64,000 nucleotides of DNA from Gammaproteobacteria bacterium (GCA_007127715.1 SKYU01000004.1:681-64680); one strand, 5' to 3'; shown: positions 10,101 through 18,729, counted from the first letter of the stretch. The notes: generated by a model from the letters alone, not told the origin. Numbers and translations are program-made.

Positions 10101-10849
10101 TCGAGCGTGTTCAGGCCATCGAACATGAACCAGGTGACGAAAACACCGACTGCGAGGAACGCCAGGAGTTTCACCAGCGATTCGAACGCCACTGCCAGCA
10201 TCAGGCCCGGGTGATGCTCGGTCGCGTCGAGCTGCCGGGTTCCGAACAGGATGGTGAACAGCGCGAGCAGCAGGGCCACGAGCAGGGCGGTGTCGGTGAG
10301 CAGCGCCCCAGGGGTATCGGCCACGGCGACGCCATTGTCCGTCGGCCCCGTCAGCAGGGTGAATCCCATGGCGATGCCTTTCAACTGCAGCGCGATGTAG
10401 GGCAGTACCCCCAGCGTCGCGACCACGGTGACCAGCACGGCCAGGCCCTGAGTTTTGCCGAAACGCGAGGCCAGGAAGTCCGAGATCGACGTGATGTTCT
10501 GTTCCTTGCTGACCCGGACGATGCGCACGATGAATCCGCCCAGCACGACGAACATCAGTGCCGGACCGAGGTACACCGGCAGGAAATCCCAGCCGTTGGT
10601 CGCAGCCTGACCGACCGCGCCATAGAACGTCCAGGAGGTGCAGTACACTGCAAGCGACAGGCTGTAGATCACTGGCTGTGCAAACAGACCGCGCCCACGT
10701 CGCGCGTAGCGGTCACCCCACCAGGCGATCAGGAACAGCAGCGCCACGTAGGCCAGCGAGACGGTGACGATGAAGGCAACTGAAAACACGACTGCTGGGC
10801 CTGGCCGAAAGGCTCCCGGTGGCGTCCACACATGGGCCGCTCGGATCAT
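7166..10849 (-). CDS. crbS: Hybrid sensor histidine kinase with N-terminal SLC5/sodium-solute-symporter-like domain, PAS, HisKA, HATPase and REC (CrbS-like)
   Basis: Multi-TM SSS-like N-terminal half, then a PAS segment (NLSEGISVIDAEFRLVAWNRAY). H-box AAASHDLLQPMNAARLF. ATPase G-boxes VLDTGPGIP and GRGLGLGLAIV. C-terminal receiver VLCIDNEEDIL...VLVDYHLDDGQDG. The start is set at ATG 10849. The 75 codons upstream in the ORF are Pro/Arg-rich and look non-coding. Confidence 0.9.
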   Translation of the reverse strand: MIRAAHVWTPPGAFRPGPAVVFSVAFIVTVSLAYVALLFLIAWWGDRYARRGRGLFAQPVIYSLSLAVYCTSWTFYGAVGQAATNGWDFLPVYLGPALMFVVLGGFIVRIVRVSKEQNITSISDFLASRFGKTQGLAVLVTVVATLGVLPYIALQLKGIAMGFTLLTGPTDNGVAVADTPGALLTDTALLVALLLALFTILFGTRQLDATEHHPGLMLAVAFESLVKLLAFLAVGVFVTWFMFDGLNTLDPLRIDDAVVAGMFAPDALTLSFFTILLLSMLAIFCLPRQFHVAVVESTSERDVRWARILFPAYLVLISVFVVPIAVAGLLSFERGVPSDTFMIALPLSAGQHGLALLAMIGGFSAATGMVIVAAVALSTMVSNDIVMPALLRRHAARAAGEADLGRLLLGVRRLVIVALLLFAWGYYRLFGYAETLAGIGLLSFAAVAQFGPLMVAAAYWRGANRHGATLGLSLGFAGWFYCLMLPVILQGTGVLTGWLDEGPLGIAWLRPEALFGSRFDDPLSHGVFWSLLMNVGGLLAGTWAGQERPIDRIQANAFHGAALGATADALPGVGIAKVGDFMALTQRFLGESRSRQTFEAYARQRGQPLHEDQPADGELLQHTERVLSGVIGASSARQVLTSALAGTGMRFDAVVRLLDRTSQRLKFRQELLQSAMENLSEGISVIDAEFRLVAWNRAYLRLFDYPEGLIHIGRPIVEVLEFNARRGWLGEGEIATLVERRMAWLRQRSPHYYERVGADGRVIEIRGNPMPGGGFVTSFTDVTARRRTEAALRDSEKRLTEALGGLEQRVDERTRELTGLNAELRREVTMRARVEEALRVAKAAADEANQSKTRFLAAASHDLLQPMNAARLFASSLAQLPGQTSEQQHLVERLDGALESAEQLLSALLDISRLDAGAMPVELRSFPVSELLDPLYAEFSALAAERGLRFDRIDCSATVRSDPKLLRRILQNFLSNALRYTPSGRVLLGCRRRAGELVIQVLDTGPGIPADQTEAIFREFHRLQGAQRGQGRGLGLGLAIVERVARMLDHPVQVRSRPGHGTVFEITVPLARAGETTSLTRPARRRNPQDLTGLVVLCIDNEEDILAGMGALIRPWGCEVLTATSGADARQLLARRAAPPDVVLVDYHLDDGQDGLSVMAALREQWAMPTLPGILITADQSETVRERARTIGLRVLTKPLKPAALRALLGRLATAPPHRATSSRGLH

Positions 10850-10857
10850 AACAGGCT

Positions 10858-13086
10858 GTGGGGCGGCGCCGGCCGCCAGCGGCAGGGGGTGACGTGCGCG
10901 GCATCGACTGGCGACAGCTGCTGGTGGTCTCCGCGGTCGGGGGCCTGTGTCTGGCGTGGCTGGTGGTCGCCGGGGGGCTGCTGCGAGCGGTGCTCGGGGA
11001 CGAGGACTGGCAGGCGGTGACGGCCCTGCTGGGCGGACGTGTCGGCCTGCTGGTGCTGCTGTGGGCACTGGCACTGGTGCCAGTGAGTCTGCTGGTCGGT
11101 CAGTTGCTGGAGCGCTACGTCCGCGCCCCGGCCCGCCTGGCCGGGGCGCTGCGTGCAGCGCTGCATGCCGGAATCCACCACCCGGTGGTCCCTGATGGCA
11201 GCCGAGAGACCCGCGAAATCGCCGAGCTGGTCAATGCGCTGGTGGCTGAGCGGGAAGCGTTGCACCAGGAGATGGACCAGCGCGTCGGTGAGGCGGCGCG
11301 GGCGACCGAACTGGAACGCAACCGGCTGGCGGCACTGATGTCGGAGCTTGCACGCAGCGTGGTCGTCTGCACGCTCGATGGCCGTATCCTCCTGTACAAC
11401 CAGCGTGCGCGGCTTCAATTTCGCCGGCTGTCGCGCGTGGCCGGGCTCACGGGCGGGAACGAGTTGATCGGTCTCGGGCGGTCGATCTATGGCGTGCTGG
11501 ACCGCGAGCTGGTCAGCCATGCGCTGGAAAATGTCCAGCGCCGGCTGGCCCGGGGTGCGGAGTCCCCTTCGGCGCAGTTTGTCACGCCCACCGCGTCGGG
11601 CGGCCTCCTGCGCGTCCAGATGGCGCCTGTGCGTGCGGATGCAGAGGTGTCGCGGCCACAGGATGTTTCCGGCGCAGAAAAGCCGCCTGAGCTGGCCGGG
11701 TTCGTGCTGCTGATCGAGAACGTCACCGAACAGCTGCGTGCCGATGCCGAAGAGGACCGCCTGGTCGCCGGTCTGGTGGAGGACTGCCGACGTCTTGTCG
11801 CCCGCGCACCTGAATTTCTGCCCGTTGCCGACGGCGCGGACGGCCTGCACGAGGATTCGGTCGCCGCCGTGTCCGAGGTGCGTGCGCTGCTGGCCGGCTT
11901 CGAGCGGCGGCTGGAGAAGTTCTCGAACGAGCGCGCCGCCCTGGTGCCTGCGCGCTGGCCTCTGGAGGATATGCTCGGCAGCGAACTGCTGGAGATGCTG
12001 GAGCAGCGGCTCGCCGAGCGGCTGCCCATCGAGATCCGGTGTGATGCCCTGCCGTCACTGGTCTGGCTGCGCGTGGAAAGCTATTCGTTCATGCAGGCGG
12101 TCGTACATCTCGCCGCCCGCGCCTGGCGCGACGCCGGGGCACGCACGCTTCGCGTGGCACTGGTCAGCGACCGCGCACGCGCAGCCGTGCAGTTGTCCTG
12201 GCCTGCCGAGGAGCCGTTGACGGATACGCTGCTCGAGGACTGGACAGGCTCGTCGATGGCGGGGAACGGCGAGGCCGGGCTGTCGGTGTGTGAGGTGCTC
12301 GCCCGCCACGGTGGAGTGCTCGAGACGAGCGGCCCTCAGGAGGGCCGGCTGTACCTGCGCCTCCCCCTGCCGTTGGCGCCACCACAGGAGGAACTGCCCC
12401 AGGCGACCTGGCTGCGCGGGGAGAGCCGGCCCGAGTACTACGATTTCGACCTGTTCCGGGGGTCGGCGCGCGCCAGCTCTTTGGAGGACAGCCGGCTCGA
12501 CGACCTGGTCTTTACCGTTTTCGACACAGAGACCACGGGGCTCGACCCTGGCGGCGGTGACCAGATCCTGCAGCTCGGTGCCGTTCGCATCGTCAACGGA
12601 CGCGTACTCGCGCACGAGAATTTCGAGCAACTGGTCGACCCCGGGCGCGCCATCCCCGTCGCGGGTATCGCCATCCACGGCATCACGCCCGAGATGGTCG
12701 AGGGGCAGCCCGGGATCGAGACGGTCCTGCCGGCGTTTCATGCCTTCTGCGAGGGTACGGTCCTGGTCGCACATAATGCCGCCTTCGATATGCGCTGTCT
12801 GGAAATGGCCGAAGCACGTGCCGGCGTGCATTTCGACCACCCCGTGCTCGACACGCTGCTGCTCTCCGCCGTGCTCTCTCCCGAAGAGTCTTCCCATCGG
12901 CTGGAGAACATCGCCCAGCGTCTGGGGCTGCCGATCATCGGTCGGCATACGGCTATGGGCGATGCACTGGTCACGGCCGAGATCTTCGTGCGGCTGCTGC
13001 CCTTGCTGGCCAACCGGGGCATCGAGACGCTCGCGCAGGCCAGGGAAGCTTCGCGGAACACCTACCTGGCGCGGTTGCGCTACTGA
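10858..13086 (+). CDS. Membrane sensor (2 TM, HAMP-like, PAS-like, degenerate histidine-kinase-like core) fused to a C-terminal DEDDh (DnaQ-like) 3'-5' exonuclease
   Basis: TM helices LLVVSAVGGLCLAWLVVAGGLL and GLLVLLWALALVPVSLLVGQLL. PAS-like segment SVVVCTLDGRILLYNQRA. Exonuclease motifs FTVFDTETTGL, LVAHNAAFDMRCL and HTAMGDALVTAEIF. The start is either GTG 10858 or GTG 10894, the latter following AGGGGG. Confidence 0.85.
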   Translation: MGRRRPPAAGGDVRGIDWRQLLVVSAVGGLCLAWLVVAGGLLRAVLGDEDWQAVTALLGGRVGLLVLLWALALVPVSLLVGQLLERYVRAPARLAGALRAALHAGIHHPVVPDGSRETREIAELVNALVAEREALHQEMDQRVGEAARATELERNRLAALMSELARSVVVCTLDGRILLYNQRARLQFRRLSRVAGLTGGNELIGLGRSIYGVLDRELVSHALENVQRRLARGAESPSAQFVTPTASGGLLRVQMAPVRADAEVSRPQDVSGAEKPPELAGFVLLIENVTEQLRADAEEDRLVAGLVEDCRRLVARAPEFLPVADGADGLHEDSVAAVSEVRALLAGFERRLEKFSNERAALVPARWPLEDMLGSELLEMLEQRLAERLPIEIRCDALPSLVWLRVESYSFMQAVVHLAARAWRDAGARTLRVALVSDRARAAVQLSWPAEEPLTDTLLEDWTGSSMAGNGEAGLSVCEVLARHGGVLETSGPQEGRLYLRLPLPLAPPQEELPQATWLRGESRPEYYDFDLFRGSARASSLEDSRLDDLVFTVFDTETTGLDPGGGDQILQLGAVRIVNGRVLAHENFEQLVDPGRAIPVAGIAIHGITPEMVEGQPGIETVLPAFHAFCEGTVLVAHNAAFDMRCLEMAEARAGVHFDHPVLDTLLLSAVLSPEESSHRLENIAQRLGLPIIGRHTAMGDALVTAEIFVRLLPLLANRGIETLAQAREASRNTYLARLRY

Positions 13087-13097
13087 CCGGAGATGCT

Positions 13098-14918
13098 GTG
13101 ATGAACCGAGCCGAGGGGGTCGAGTTTCTGTCCACGGTGGCGCCTTTCTCGGAGCTGGACCGCGAGGCGCTCGCCGTCATAGCCACGCGGTTCGGGTCTC
13201 GTCGGCAGGCCGCTGGCGAATCGCTGGGACGGTTCGCGCAGCCGGGACGTCACGGCCTGACCGTCATCCGCGAGGGCGCGGTGGAACTTCTCGACGACGA
13301 GGACCGACGCCTGGAACAGCGGGGCGAGGGCGAGCTGTTCGGTCACGCGATCATTCTGGAGGGCGAGGTTCGTGACTATAGGGTCAGGGCGACCGAAGAC
13401 GGTGTGCTCTGGCAGCTCTCTGCCGAGGCGCTCGACGACATCGTCGCGGCCTACCCTCTGGTGGGCCACTTTCTGAGCGCGGCGCCCGGAGAGCGCCTGG
13501 CCGCGGTGGGGGGGCAGACTACCGGAACGCTGGATGACCTGCGTCTGCGTGCGCCCGTGACCGTGACGGCGGACACCCCGGTGACCGAATGTGCCCGGAT
13601 GATGGCGATGCACCAGGTCAGCTGTCTGCCGGTGCTGCGCGGGCAAACGCTGGTGGGGATCGTGACCGACCGCGATCTACGCAGCCGGGTGCTGGCGCGG
13701 GAACTCGATCCGCGTACCGCCATCGCCGAGGTCATGACGCCCCGGCCGCTGACGGCGCACCCGGCCAGTCGCATCGAGGATGCTCTGGTGGAGATGATGC
13801 GTCTGGGCATCCACCATCTCCCCGTGGTCGATGACGGGCAGCGACTGGTCGGAGTGATCAGCGCGGGGGATCTGCTGCGTCGTCAAGCGCCTCATCCGCT
13901 GCGCCTGGTGCGGGACATCCAGCGGGCGATCGATACGGATGAACTGGTCGCCCTCGCGGACCAAGGCCCGGGGCTGCTCGCGGCACTCTCACGCCAGGGC
14001 AGTGAGGTTGGCGAAGTGGGGCGGATCGCCAGCATGATCACCGATGCCTGTACCCGTCGGCTGCTGGCGCTGGCGCAGGCCAGGCTGGGGAAGGCGCCGT
14101 GTGCCTGGACCTGGCTCGCCTTCGGTTCGCAGGCGCGCATGGAGCAGGGTCTGGTGAGCGACCAGGACAACGGACTGCTGCTCGCCGAGACGCCGGATGC
14201 AGACGGCGAGCGGTATTTTCGCGAACTCGCTGTATTCGTCTGCGACGCTCTGGACCGTTGCGGTTATGTGCACTGTCCGGGGGGTGTCATGGCCAAGGGC
14301 CGCTGGCGCATGTCACAGGCGAAATGGCGAGCGGTCTTTGCGGGCTGGATGCATGAGCCCACCCCCGAGTCGGTACTCAACTCCAGTATCTTCTTCGATA
14401 TGCGCGGCGTGGCCGGTGATGTGAATCTGGCCGAGCGGTTGCACGAGGAGGTGCTGGCGCGGGCCAGTGAAGCCCGTATCTTCCTGCGCTTCCTGGCGGC
14501 CGAGTCGATGACCCATACCCCGCCGCTGGGGCTGTTCCGGCAATTCGTCCAGGAGCGCGATGGCCGCCACAGCCACGGTCTCAACCTGAAAAAACGCGGG
14601 GTCCTGCCGATAGTCGATCTGGCCAGGGTGCGCGCCCTCGAAGGCGCCAGTACCGAAGTCGCGACGGAGGCACGGTTCCGGGCCGCGGCGGCGGCCGGGC
14701 TGATGAATGCGCGCGATGCCGAGGACCTGGTCCACGCCTACCGCTTCATCGGGAACATCCGGCTGGCTCATCAGGCGCGCCAGCATGCCCGCGGCGAGGC
14801 ACCCGGCCATCTCGTCGACCCGCAGGATCTCTCGGGGCTGCATCGCCGCTATCTCCGCTCGGCGTTCGGGATCGTCCGCAGCGCGCAGCGTGCGCTGGCG
14901 CAGCGCTACGCGCTCTAG
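13098..14918 (+). CDS. cNMP-binding plus tandem CBS plus DUF294 nucleotidyltransferase plus DUF294_C protein
   Basis: cNMP-binding-like N-terminus (GELFGHAIILEGEVRDYRVRATEDGVLW). CBS pair (VSCLPVLRGQTLVGIVTDRDL and IHHLPVVDDGQRLVGVISAGDLL). Pol-beta-fold NTase motif AFGSQARMEQGLVSDQDNGLLL. The start is 12 bp after the preceding stop (GTG 13098 or ATG 13101). Confidence 0.9.
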   Translation: MMNRAEGVEFLSTVAPFSELDREALAVIATRFGSRRQAAGESLGRFAQPGRHGLTVIREGAVELLDDEDRRLEQRGEGELFGHAIILEGEVRDYRVRATEDGVLWQLSAEALDDIVAAYPLVGHFLSAAPGERLAAVGGQTTGTLDDLRLRAPVTVTADTPVTECARMMAMHQVSCLPVLRGQTLVGIVTDRDLRSRVLARELDPRTAIAEVMTPRPLTAHPASRIEDALVEMMRLGIHHLPVVDDGQRLVGVISAGDLLRRQAPHPLRLVRDIQRAIDTDELVALADQGPGLLAALSRQGSEVGEVGRIASMITDACTRRLLALAQARLGKAPCAWTWLAFGSQARMEQGLVSDQDNGLLLAETPDADGERYFRELAVFVCDALDRCGYVHCPGGVMAKGRWRMSQAKWRAVFAGWMHEPTPESVLNSSIFFDMRGVAGDVNLAERLHEEVLARASEARIFLRFLAAESMTHTPPLGLFRQFVQERDGRHSHGLNLKKRGVLPIVDLARVRALEGASTEVATEARFRAAAAAGLMNARDAEDLVHAYRFIGNIRLAHQARQHARGEAPGHLVDPQDLSGLHRRYLRSAFGIVRSAQRALAQRYAL

Positions 14919-14955
14919 CCGCTGCAGCGTCGTCGAGTGGCAGGTCTTCGAGGAC

Positions 14956-15537
14956 TCAGGGCGAGATCAGCGCGACGCCGAACAGGCTCGCGTGCAGCCA
15001 GAACAGAAATGCCGCATACAGCGCCAGTCCACCGACCACCACAATGATGTCATTGGCCGGGGTAACCGGCGCCTGCAGCGGACTGGCCTGGGCGCGGCGC
15101 TTCAGTGAGATCCGGTCGGCCACCGCCCAGGCGAGGAAACCGCCGAACAGCAGCAGTGCAGCCAGCGTGCCATTGACCAGCAGATGGGCCAGTGCCCAGG
15201 CCTTGACCGCGACCAGCATCGGGTGCTTGAGCATGCGCTGGATCCGGCCGGGGAAATACGCCGCCAGCAGCGCGGGGAAGACCGCAAGCATGAGCAGCAT
15301 GGACAGATGGTGGGTCCATGCAGGCGGGCTGTAGAGCACCACCGGATCGAACCGTGCCTCTGCGTAGCCTCGAACGATCAGCACCAGCCCCACCAGCGAG
15401 ACGATGCCGTAAAGCCCTTTCCAGGGCCACTCACCGAGCCGCGCCACCATGGCGTCGCGCCACGGATGCGCGACGATGGATACCGAGTGCACGCCGAGAA
15501 AAAGCACCAGGCCGATGATCAGTTGCAACATGAGCAT
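14956..15537 (-). CDS. NnrU family membrane protein
   Basis: 193 aa with 5-6 TM helices. LGVHSVSIV...WPWKGLYGIVSLVGLVLIV...MLKHPMLVAVKAWALAHLLVNG resembles NnrU. Confidence 0.75.
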   Translation of the reverse strand: MLMLQLIIGLVLFLGVHSVSIVAHPWRDAMVARLGEWPWKGLYGIVSLVGLVLIVRGYAEARFDPVVLYSPPAWTHHLSMLLMLAVFPALLAAYFPGRIQRMLKHPMLVAVKAWALAHLLVNGTLAALLLFGGFLAWAVADRISLKRRAQASPLQAPVTPANDIIVVVGGLALYAAFLFWLHASLFGVALISP

Positions 15538-15598
15538 ATCCCGCCGATGAAATCCGCGGTCATCCTAGCGCAAACGCTTCCACGATGGCGCGCCGGTC

Positions 15599-16039
15599 TC
15601 AACGCTTGACGAAGTCGTCCTGACGGGCGACACCGAACATCTGCTGGAGCATGGCGTCCTCGCGCTCGGCCAGCGCTTCGAGACCGTTGGGTGGACGGAT
15701 GAACACGGTCAGCGAGCTGATCTGGCCGCGCTCGTTGAGTGTGAAGATGTCGATGCCGTGGAGCTTCTTGTCGCCTACGGTGCCATCAAACTCCATCACC
15801 ACTTCGTTGCCGGAAATCCACTGCCGGTGATAGGTGAAACCCTCGATCGCCTGCGGCACCATCGACAGGATGCCGATCATCCAGTTGCGGTCGGTCACCG
15901 GCCGCCAGAACCTGGGCGTGTGGAGCACGACCTCGTCTGCCACCATGTCCGAGAAGGCCGTGGGGTCGAGGTAGGCTTTCTGCTCGATGAACTCGCGCAG
16001 TCTTTTCGCAAAGGCCTCGGCGATGCTCTGGTCTGTCAT
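15599..16039 (-). CDS. NTF2-like / SnoaL-like domain protein
   Basis: 146 aa soluble protein whose pattern (LHTPRFWRPV...EGFTYHRQWISGNEVVMEFDGTVGDKKLHGIDIFTL) suggests the NTF2 fold. Function unknown. Confidence 0.6.
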   Translation of the reverse strand: MTDQSIAEAFAKRLREFIEQKAYLDPTAFSDMVADEVVLHTPRFWRPVTDRNWMIGILSMVPQAIEGFTYHRQWISGNEVVMEFDGTVGDKKLHGIDIFTLNERGQISSLTVFIRPPNGLEALAEREDAMLQQMFGVARQDDFVKR

Positions 16040-16263
16040 GACGTGTCACTGTCCTCTCTGTGGGTCTGGTGGCTGGTCACCCTGCAACGCGGCGACCGAG
16101 CATGCCGCACATGATACGCGGTGTCCGTGCCCCTGATCATGTTGCGGCGGCGCAGCATCCAGGCAGGGCGGAATCAGGATTGCATCTCCCGGAGCGCAGG
16201 CCGATACTGCGGCAAAAATACCGTAAATTCCGGCCATCCAGCCGCTTTCTCCGGGGGAAAGAG

Positions 16264-18729
16264 ATGACGACCAGACTTGCCGTACGTTGTGCCATGGCGA
16301 CGCTCGCCGGGAGCGTTCTGACCCTCCCCGCGCATGCCCAGATCGATGAGATCGTGGTGACCGCCACCAAGCGCGAGCAGACCCTGCAGGATGTGCCCGT
16401 GGCCGTGTCCGTGGTCCAGCCGGAGGTGATGGCCCAGGCGCAGATCATCGACATCCTCGATCTGCAGTCCATCGTGCCCTCGCTGCGGGTCACCCAGCTG
16501 CAGACCTCGACGCAGACCAATTTCCTGATCCGGGGTTTCGGCAACGGCGCGAACAACCCCGGGATCGAGCCGGCCGTGGGTGTGTTCATCGACGGCGTCT
16601 ACCGTTCGCGATCGGCTGCCCAGATTGGTGACCTGCTGGATATCGAGCGTATCGAAGTGGTGAAAGGCCCGCAGAGCACGCTGTTCGGCAAGAACGCCTC
16701 GGTGGGCGTCATCAACATCGTCACCCAGCGCCCTTCGCGTGAGTTCGGCGGCCACGCCGAAGCCTCGATCGGCAACTACAACCAGCGTATCCTCCAGGGC
16801 CGCGTCACCGGGCCGCTGGGCGAGGCGACCGCCTTCAGCCTGACCGGCAACATCAACAAGCGAGACGGCTACTTCCGCAATCTGTTCACCGGCGATGACC
16901 TCAACGAGCGGGACCGCTGGAGTCTGCGTGGGCAGCTCTTGTGGGAACCCTCCGATACACAGAGCTGGCGGCTCATCGGCGATATCAGCCGGATCGATGA
17001 GGCCTGCTGCGGCGTGTCCAATCTGGTCGACGGCCCCACGGGTGCTGCGGTACGGGCTGTCGGTGGCGATATCTTCCCCGAAGACCCGTTTGCCCGCCGG
17101 GGGTTTTTCGACGTGCAGCCGGAGAACCGGGTCGACAACAGTGGCCTGTCGCTGCAGGGCGACTTCGACCTCGGCGCGCTGACGCTGACCAGCATCACGG
17201 CGTTCCGCACCCAGGAAGCGCGTTTCGATTACGACACCGATTTCACCAGTGCCGATCTTGTCCCGACCAACGAGAGCATCCAGGACATCGACACCTATAC
17301 CCAGGAGCTCCGCCTGGCCTATCTCGGCGACGGCCCGATCACCTGGCAGGTGGGCGGGCTGTTCATGCGCGAGGAGGTGGAATACATCAACGGTATCCAG
17401 CTTGGCAGCGCCTTCAGAACCTATGCCAGTCTGCTGGCGGGCGACCCTGCTGCGTTCGACGGCCTGGAGGCGGCGCTGGGGCTGCCCTCCGGCATCCTGT
17501 TCGGGGCGGGGCAGGGCAACCGCGCGGTGTTCGAACAGGACAACAATTTCTATTCCCTGTTCGGCCAGATGGACTGGGCACTGACCGACCGGGCGACGTT
17601 GACGCTGGGACTGGCCTATCTCAACGATCGCAAGAAGGTCTCGGCCACCGACAACCATACCGATGTGTTCTCGCAGCTCAATTTCGTCGACATCGGCTTT
17701 GCCGTGACCCTCGACGGCCTGCTGCAGGCGGGGTTGCCGATCGAGGTGGCCGGTCCCATTGCCGACCAGGGCAGCGTGACGCCCTGCGGCCCCAACGGCG
17801 CCGCGCCCCAGCCGCCGAACTGCAACCCGTTCCTGGCACTGTATCCGCTTCAGTTCATCATTCCGCTGGATGGATTCCGGAACGAACGCACCAGTGACAG
17901 TCGTCTCAACTACAACATCCGGCTGGCTTACGAGGTCAGCGACAACCTCAACGTGTACGCCGCTTGGGCGACCGGCTACAAGGCCACCTCGTGGAATCTC
18001 TCGCTCGATACCCGGCCGTTTGGCGGTCCCGGCAGCTCACCGCTGGGTGGGTTCGACAACCCGTTCTATCCGCGCTTCGGCACCCGGTTCGCCGACCCGG
18101 AGAAGGTCGAGGTGCGCGAACTCGGACTGAAGGGTCAGTGGGCGGATGTCGCGCTCAATGTGGCCGTGTTCGAGCAGGTGGTGAAGGACTTCCAGTCGAA
18201 CATCTTCGTGGGGACGGGTTTCGTGCTGGCGAATGCCGGTCGCCAGACCACCAAGGGGCTGGAGTTCGACCTCCAGTATCGCCCGCTTACCGCGCTGGAG
18301 CTCGCGGTTTCCGGCACCTTCCTCGACCCCCGGTACGACAGCTTTCCGGGTGCGACAGGTGTCGATGGACCTGTGGATCTCTCGGGCGAACGGCCCTCGG
18401 GCATCCATCGCACCAGCCTGTCTACCGCGGCCACCTGGTACTGGCAGGCGGGTCAGGTCGACGGTTTCGTGCGGGCGGATTACCTCTATGAGGACAATGT
18501 CCGCTTGGTCTCGAACGTACCCCCGGAAGTGGGTTCGCGCCAGGTCAATCAGCTGAATGCCAGCGTCGGGCTGAGCCTGGAGGATTGGGACGTGGTGCTC
18601 TGGGGCCGCAACCTGACGAACAACGATTTCCTGATCAGTGCCTTCCCGTCCGTGGCTCAGTCGGGCAGTTTTTCAGGCTATCCCAACCAGCCGAGAACCT
18701 GGGGCATCACCTTGCGTCGGACCTTCTGA
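16264..18729 (+). CDS. TonB-dependent outer-membrane receptor
   Basis: Signal peptide MTTRLAVRCAMATLAGSVLTLPAHA. Plug motif IDEIVVTATKREQTLQDVPVAVSVV. Long beta-barrel with terminal ...WGITLRRTF. GGGGGAAAGAG RBS before ATG 16264. The track ORF start at 16060 is an upstream extension. Confidence 0.9.
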   Translation: MTTRLAVRCAMATLAGSVLTLPAHAQIDEIVVTATKREQTLQDVPVAVSVVQPEVMAQAQIIDILDLQSIVPSLRVTQLQTSTQTNFLIRGFGNGANNPGIEPAVGVFIDGVYRSRSAAQIGDLLDIERIEVVKGPQSTLFGKNASVGVINIVTQRPSREFGGHAEASIGNYNQRILQGRVTGPLGEATAFSLTGNINKRDGYFRNLFTGDDLNERDRWSLRGQLLWEPSDTQSWRLIGDISRIDEACCGVSNLVDGPTGAAVRAVGGDIFPEDPFARRGFFDVQPENRVDNSGLSLQGDFDLGALTLTSITAFRTQEARFDYDTDFTSADLVPTNESIQDIDTYTQELRLAYLGDGPITWQVGGLFMREEVEYINGIQLGSAFRTYASLLAGDPAAFDGLEAALGLPSGILFGAGQGNRAVFEQDNNFYSLFGQMDWALTDRATLTLGLAYLNDRKKVSATDNHTDVFSQLNFVDIGFAVTLDGLLQAGLPIEVAGPIADQGSVTPCGPNGAAPQPPNCNPFLALYPLQFIIPLDGFRNERTSDSRLNYNIRLAYEVSDNLNVYAAWATGYKATSWNLSLDTRPFGGPGSSPLGGFDNPFYPRFGTRFADPEKVEVRELGLKGQWADVALNVAVFEQVVKDFQSNIFVGTGFVLANAGRQTTKGLEFDLQYRPLTALELAVSGTFLDPRYDSFPGATGVDGPVDLSGERPSGIHRTSLSTAATWYWQAGQVDGFVRADYLYEDNVRLVSNVPPEVGSRQVNQLNASVGLSLEDWDVVLWGRNLTNNDFLISAFPSVAQSGSFSGYPNQPRTWGITLRRTF

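Noticed and set aside
7406-10783. 1125-aa plus-strand ORF
   Set aside because: It lies entirely antisense to the crbS-like kinase gene. The translation is Arg/Gly/Gln/His-rich low-complexity with no motifs, a typical high-GC shadow ORF.
10846-11850. 334-aa minus-strand ORF, plus the upstream 75 codons of the crbS track ORF (10850-11074)
   Set aside because: It overlaps the sensor-exonuclease gene in antisense. It is Pro/Arg/Ala-rich, and the crbS body only becomes membrane-protein-like from about 10849 downward.
10858-14918. Reading the NTase plus exonuclease pair as a CBASS-like anti-phage system
   Set aside because: - DUF294 is GlnD/Pol-beta-like rather than CD-NTase-like by motif.
- There are no effector, Cap2/Cap3 or mobile-element hallmarks.
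- The pair is embedded in a conserved metabolic CrbS/R-type locus with native-looking composition.
16040-16263. Possible riboswitch (for example cobalamin) in the 224-bp leader of the TonB-dependent receptor
   Set aside because: I could not find a B12-box or any other riboswitch core I recognise, nor a convincing terminator or anti-terminator pair. A covariance-model scan would be needed to settle this.
16174-17658. 494-aa minus-strand ORF
   Set aside because: It is antisense to the TonB-dependent receptor and has shadow-ORF composition.
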